The notes under the pieces: model-generated
Seen by the model: the letters and a program-made list of their open reading frames with translations, nothing else
What the model was told of the DNA's origin: nothing
The model's database searches: none
DNA from: Dehalococcoidia bacterium
GTDB lineage: Bacteria; Chloroflexota; Dehalococcoidia; Plut-88900
Length of the DNA: 64,000 bases
Assembly: GCA_965249275.1 (NCBI GenBank)
Contig: CBDFLQ010000007.1
Span: 320,001 to 384,000 of the forward strand
Direction of reading: 5' to 3'
Translations under genes and position numbers: made by a program
Part shown: piece by piece, positions 60,181 through 64,000 of the stretch
How positions within the stretch are numbered: position 1 is the first letter of the stretch
Layout: each line of letters starts with the position of its first letter

Positions 60181-61308
60181 ATGGTTGTAGAGCAGTTGTT
60201 AACTAGCAGACCGATTTCCAGATTATCGGTCGAGAGGGCCCCGGCCCGGATTAAGGTGGTCGGCGTCGGAGGAGGCGGTTGTAACTGCGTCCGACGCATG
60301 CTGGCCCACAACGTCCCTGGTGTCGAGTTCGTAGTTGTAAACACCGATATCAAGTCACTGGAATCAGTGACCCACGGCGCCACCGTCCTCCAGATTGGTG
60401 AGAACATCACCCACGGATGGGGCGCTGGCGGAGAGTTCGACATCGGCGAGAAAGCTGCGGAAGAGTCTTCCACTCTTATAAAGAAGGCGCTCAAGAACGC
60501 CGAGCTCGTCTTCCTCACCGCCGGCATGGGCGGCGGTACAGGCACCGGAGCCGCACCCTACGTAGCCGAACTGGCAAAGCAGATGGGCGCCCTCGTTGTC
60601 GGAGTTGTCACAACTCCCTTCAGCTTTGAAGGCACCCGCAGGCTCAGCCAGGCCATCGCCGGCGTCGCACGGCTCCGCCGCCACGTGGACAACCTCATCG
60701 TCATCCACAATGACCGGCTCCTCCAGTTTGTGGACCACGATGCCGGGATGACCGAGGCCTTCCAGACCGCGGACGAGGTGGTCAGCCAGGGCATCGTCAG
60801 TGTCTCCGAGCTCATCAATGTCCCCGGTGAGATCAACGTAGACTTCGCCGACGTCCAGACCATTATGTCCAGCCCCGGTGGCGCTCTCATGGCCATGGGA
60901 CTGGGACGAGGCAGCATGGGCGCACTGGAGGCCGCCAGGCAGGCAGTGACCAACCCCCTCCTCAACCTCTCCATCAGAGGCGCCAAGGGAGTCCTCTTCT
61001 CCGTCAAGGGCGGCGATGAATTGACCCTCGGCGGCGTCAACGCCGCCGGTGAGCTGATCAACAGCGCCGTCGACAAGAACGCCAGCATCTTCTTCGGAAT
61101 GTCCATCGATCCTTCGCTCGGCGACATGGTGAAGCTCACCCTAATCGCCACCGGCCTAAAGCAGGACAAGGGCTTTAACTCCTTCACCGGGAAGTTCAAG
61201 GGACTGTTCCCCGGATTTGAGATGAAGGTGAAGGCCCCTGGCATCATGGGCCGGGGTAAGAAGAGGAAGAAGCGGTCCTCACAGTACGAATGGGACGACG
61301 ACTTTTAG
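60181..61308 (+). CDS. ftsZ: FtsZ family GTPase, atypical C-terminus
   Basis: VGVGGGGCN, GMGGGTGTG, PFSFEG, INVDFADV, LIATG; GGAGG RBS. Confidence 0.92.
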   Translation: MVVEQLLTSRPISRLSVERAPARIKVVGVGGGGCNCVRRMLAHNVPGVEFVVVNTDIKSLESVTHGATVLQIGENITHGWGAGGEFDIGEKAAEESSTLIKKALKNAELVFLTAGMGGGTGTGAAPYVAELAKQMGALVVGVVTTPFSFEGTRRLSQAIAGVARLRRHVDNLIVIHNDRLLQFVDHDAGMTEAFQTADEVVSQGIVSVSELINVPGEINVDFADVQTIMSSPGGALMAMGLGRGSMGALEAARQAVTNPLLNLSIRGAKGVLFSVKGGDELTLGGVNAAGELINSAVDKNASIFFGMSIDPSLGDMVKLTLIATGLKQDKGFNSFTGKFKGLFPGFEMKVKAPGIMGRGKKRKKRSSQYEWDDDF

Positions 61309-61465
61309 GTAACCCAGGACTCGGGGCACGGGAGGCGACCCTCAACTCCACCTTCCGTGCCCCCCATCCTTGCCGCATCCTGAAATCGAGCCCGTCGTCG
61401 GATACGGGATGTAATGACAGAGTAGGTCGAGAAACCCGAAACTGAGAATTTGGCAGGTAGAAACC

Positions 61466-62221
61466 GTGGCTTTACAACAGACTCTCCCAACCCCACAAAT
61501 CCAACTGGACCCGGTAGCCAAGATAGCTTTCGAACGGCCTGCTTTGGCCCTCTGCTATCCCTCCCTGAAGCATGCCTCCCCGGCAGCCGAGTTGACTGCC
61601 AGATCAGAAAAGGACGCTGGCAGAAGAGGTCCCAATCACCCCAGCGTCACTCTTCTCCTTTCCAGCATAATTGAGTTGGAGCGTAGGGACATGATTGCCA
61701 TCGGAGCCTCTACCTTCAGAGCCAACCGAGGAGAGGCAGGCGGCATCTGGGTTACCAAGAAGGTGCCCCATTGCCCCGGCAGCGGAATGACTTCGGACCT
61801 CTTCCACAGCATCACCCACGGTTACTCCTCCCTCAAAGACGTCCTCGCCCGCTACTTCCGAGACTCCTTCCGCCAGGACCCCTGGACCCTTGCCTCTACC
61901 CTAGGCATGCAGGAGGCAAAGGCCTACGGGTACCTGACAACCCAGCAATGGCCAGTCACTGGAATCAAGGGTTTCCTGAGCCGCATCGGCCTTTCCAGCG
62001 ACATCCAGACTCTATGGGTTAGGGACGGGCTAAAAGTTAGGGAAGCTACCCAGGCCTCGCGGCTCCTCAGAATTCATATAGACGAGTTTCGCACACGCTC
62101 CCGCAACCTGTACGAAGGCATGCGCGTTGGCATAGCCGAGTCGATTAACAAGATGGATGAGCACCTGACCCCGCGGGTCATCAGGCTCCCACAGCTCAAA
62201 AAGAGGTTTGCCGCAAGTTGA
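61466..62221 (+). CDS. Hypothetical protein
   Basis: 251-aa ORF filling the gap; no motif recognised. Confidence 0.55.
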   Translation: MALQQTLPTPQIQLDPVAKIAFERPALALCYPSLKHASPAAELTARSEKDAGRRGPNHPSVTLLLSSIIELERRDMIAIGASTFRANRGEAGGIWVTKKVPHCPGSGMTSDLFHSITHGYSSLKDVLARYFRDSFRQDPWTLASTLGMQEAKAYGYLTTQQWPVTGIKGFLSRIGLSSDIQTLWVRDGLKVREATQASRLLRIHIDEFRTRSRNLYEGMRVGIAESINKMDEHLTPRVIRLPQLKKRFAAS

Positions 62222-62383
62222 CCATATTTGACAACTAACTCTCTTTCTATACCCTCCTCCCCCTTATACAAAGGGTCCGACCTCCGCCAGTCGGGCCCTT
62301 TGTCTTTGTCCTCGATTTCCCTCTCACGACATCAAACGTCAACTCCATGGAAGAACCCAGAGGGTTGCTCTGTTGACATGACA

Positions 62384-62420
62384 AAGCAGAACGCCGGTAT
62401 GATCCACCGGCGTTCTGCTT
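62384..62420. terminator. Hairpin between convergent genes
   Basis: AAGCAGAACGCCGGT-N7-ACCGGCGTTCTGCTT. Confidence 0.75.
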
Positions 62421-62457
62421 ACTTATTCAGTTATGGGGAGCGTGGATATCTGAGAGT

Positions 62458-62721
62458 TTAACTCCGCCCGACACCTTCCGACTCGGCGATCTTCCGCCGG
62501 ACAACTTCATCTCGGGGATAGAAGATCGAGTCCTCGCCAATCACTCCAGCATCCTTTCGTCTCCGAAAGATGAAGAGCTTGTCCCGGGACGAACGCCCAA
62601 GCAAGCCGAGCGCCCCAGCCGTGCTGCCGAGTACGGCCAGACCGCCCAGGGCGATCCCCAAGCCTATGAATTTTCTTCTCTGGTTGATCTTGGTCTCTGC
62701 CTTATCGATTGTGGTGCTCAA
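62458..62721 (-). CDS. Small protein with twin-arginine-like signal/TM segment
   Basis: GGAG RBS; QRRKFIG followed by hydrophobic helix. Confidence 0.6.
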   Translation of the reverse strand: MSTTIDKAETKINQRRKFIGLGIALGGLAVLGSTAGALGLLGRSSRDKLFIFRRRKDAGVIGEDSIFYPRDEVVRRKIAESEGVGRS

Positions 62722-62995
62722 ATGCTACTCCCGGTGTGAACCCGCCTCAAAGGGTCGGGGCTTAGTTGCGCATGCATATTATAAGCCTCTGACGAAGCGG
62801 TGCAACGGGTCGCATCGGTCCAAAGCGTCACAAAAGCACACTAACCCGGGCGCCGACGGTCGAAACCCTTGGAATCCCGCATGGCACGCCATTTCAGACC
62901 TCGTTCAAAAACCCCTTGCAATCTCATTTTCGCCGTGATAATCTTCGCCCTGATAAACTCTTCACAAAGTTTTTGGGCCGACTCCGGGGGCAATA

Positions 62996-63289
62996 TTGGA
63001 CCCTAATTTCATCACAAGACAAGATTGGGCAGACATCGGTGAGTTTCTCTTGGCCCTCCTTTTCGTACCCGGCCTGATGATCGTCTTCGCCTTCTCCATG
63101 CTCACAGCCCATGCTCTAATCCCTTCGCTCGTCAGATCGGGCCATCTCCCTGATGACCTGTCAAAAGTCCGGCCTGTCTTATACATCATCGCGTTTGCAG
63201 CTCTTCTGGGAGTAATCTCCTATCTCGCCTTCGTGGGCGTCAATGCGGACCGCTCTTTCGGAGACGTTTACTCCCGCTGGTGGCAGTAA
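62996..63289 (+). CDS. Small two-TM membrane protein
   Basis: Two hydrophobic helices; co-oriented just upstream of the cytochrome. Confidence 0.65.
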   Translation: MDPNFITRQDWADIGEFLLALLFVPGLMIVFAFSMLTAHALIPSLVRSGHLPDDLSKVRPVLYIIAFAALLGVISYLAFVGVNADRSFGDVYSRWWQ

Positions 63290-63329
63290 CCACCCCCTGA
63301 AGGAAAACCGGACTTCCATCAACTAACAG

Positions 63330-63890
63330 ATGCCCACCACGATCAAAATACTCGTACCGATTGTAGGTCTTGGTGTTGGAGTCATCCTCGTCTTGACGGC
63401 GGTATTTTTGACGAAAGCCGTATTCTCCGAACCGTTCCAGGTATTTGGCATGGGTGCCGCTCCCGAGCAGCCCATCAACTTTCCCCACGACGTACATGTC
63501 GAAAAAGTCGGCATCGAGTGCATGTTCTGTCACCGCACCGTCGATTCCAGCGGACCCGCCGGCATACCCCCTGTTGAGCAATGTCTCTTCTGCCACAAGG
63601 ATTTGGGCGATGAGCAGTTCATCCTTTCCGGGAGCGAGGAACTGGAACTCCTTAGGTTTCACTTCGATAACGGCGACCCGATCCAGTGGAAACGAGTCCA
63701 CCGCCTCCCCGACCACGTTCAGTTCCTCCATGAAGCCCACATAGGCGCCGGTATTAACTGTTCCACCTGCCACGGTGACGTGGGCGGCATGCAGGTGGTG
63801 GAGCAGGTCCGAGACCTGAAGATGGGCGACTGCGTTGACTGTCACCGGGAGAATAACGCCCCTACCGATTGCCTAACGTGTCACTATTAG
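63330..63890 (+). CDS. Membrane-anchored pentaheme cytochrome c (ActA/QrcA-like)
   Basis: Five CxxCH motifs; PEQPINFPHDVH, WKRVHRLPDHVQF.H.AH. Confidence 0.9.
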   Translation: MPTTIKILVPIVGLGVGVILVLTAVFLTKAVFSEPFQVFGMGAAPEQPINFPHDVHVEKVGIECMFCHRTVDSSGPAGIPPVEQCLFCHKDLGDEQFILSGSEELELLRFHFDNGDPIQWKRVHRLPDHVQFLHEAHIGAGINCSTCHGDVGGMQVVEQVRDLKMGDCVDCHRENNAPTDCLTCHY

Positions 63891-64000
63891 ACTTGGGAAA
63901 TGCACCTAAAGCGGTAAATTAAAATTGCCAGTTAGCCGAAGACAATTTCTAAAGATCGCCGGTATCTCGTCATTGGGCGCGGTCATATTTAAGGCCTGTG

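Overview
GC-rich bacterial chromosomal window. The gene content (luciferase-like and PPOX/F420 oxidoreductases, paralogous lipoprotein SBPs, HspR, AGAAC-N4-GTTCT LexA box) suggests Chloroflexota/Dehalococcoidia, probably SAR202-like; this is an inference. Housekeeping blocks: tilS, pncB-pncA, purF-purM-purH, dgt-dnaG-rpoD, lysA-holB, ffh, hspR-grpE-dnaK. Accessory parts: (1) a Fic + PLD-nuclease islet carrying four copies of a 34-bp lox-like inverted repeat, three of them inside a fixed-spacing 62-bp composite element; (2) an RqlH/RqlI-like RecQ-PRTase + DprA pair; (3) an islet after ffh where an IS481 (28-bp TIRs, GGAAT duplication) splits a LexA-box-preceded 60-bp-repeat gene; (4) a catabolic/uptake island with four tandem PotD-like SBP genes and a visible duplication scar; (5) a five-gene lipid operon (FAR-acyltransferase fusion, HAD, Zn-ADH, LarA-domain protein, DAG kinase) resembling an ether-lipid pathway; (6) a stand-alone atypical ftsZ divergent from a DUF5343-like gene across an AGGCAA repeat array; (7) a pentaheme ActA-like cytochrome. 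No rRNA, tRNA or CRISPR array was seen. All family assignments come from motif recognition, not database searches.
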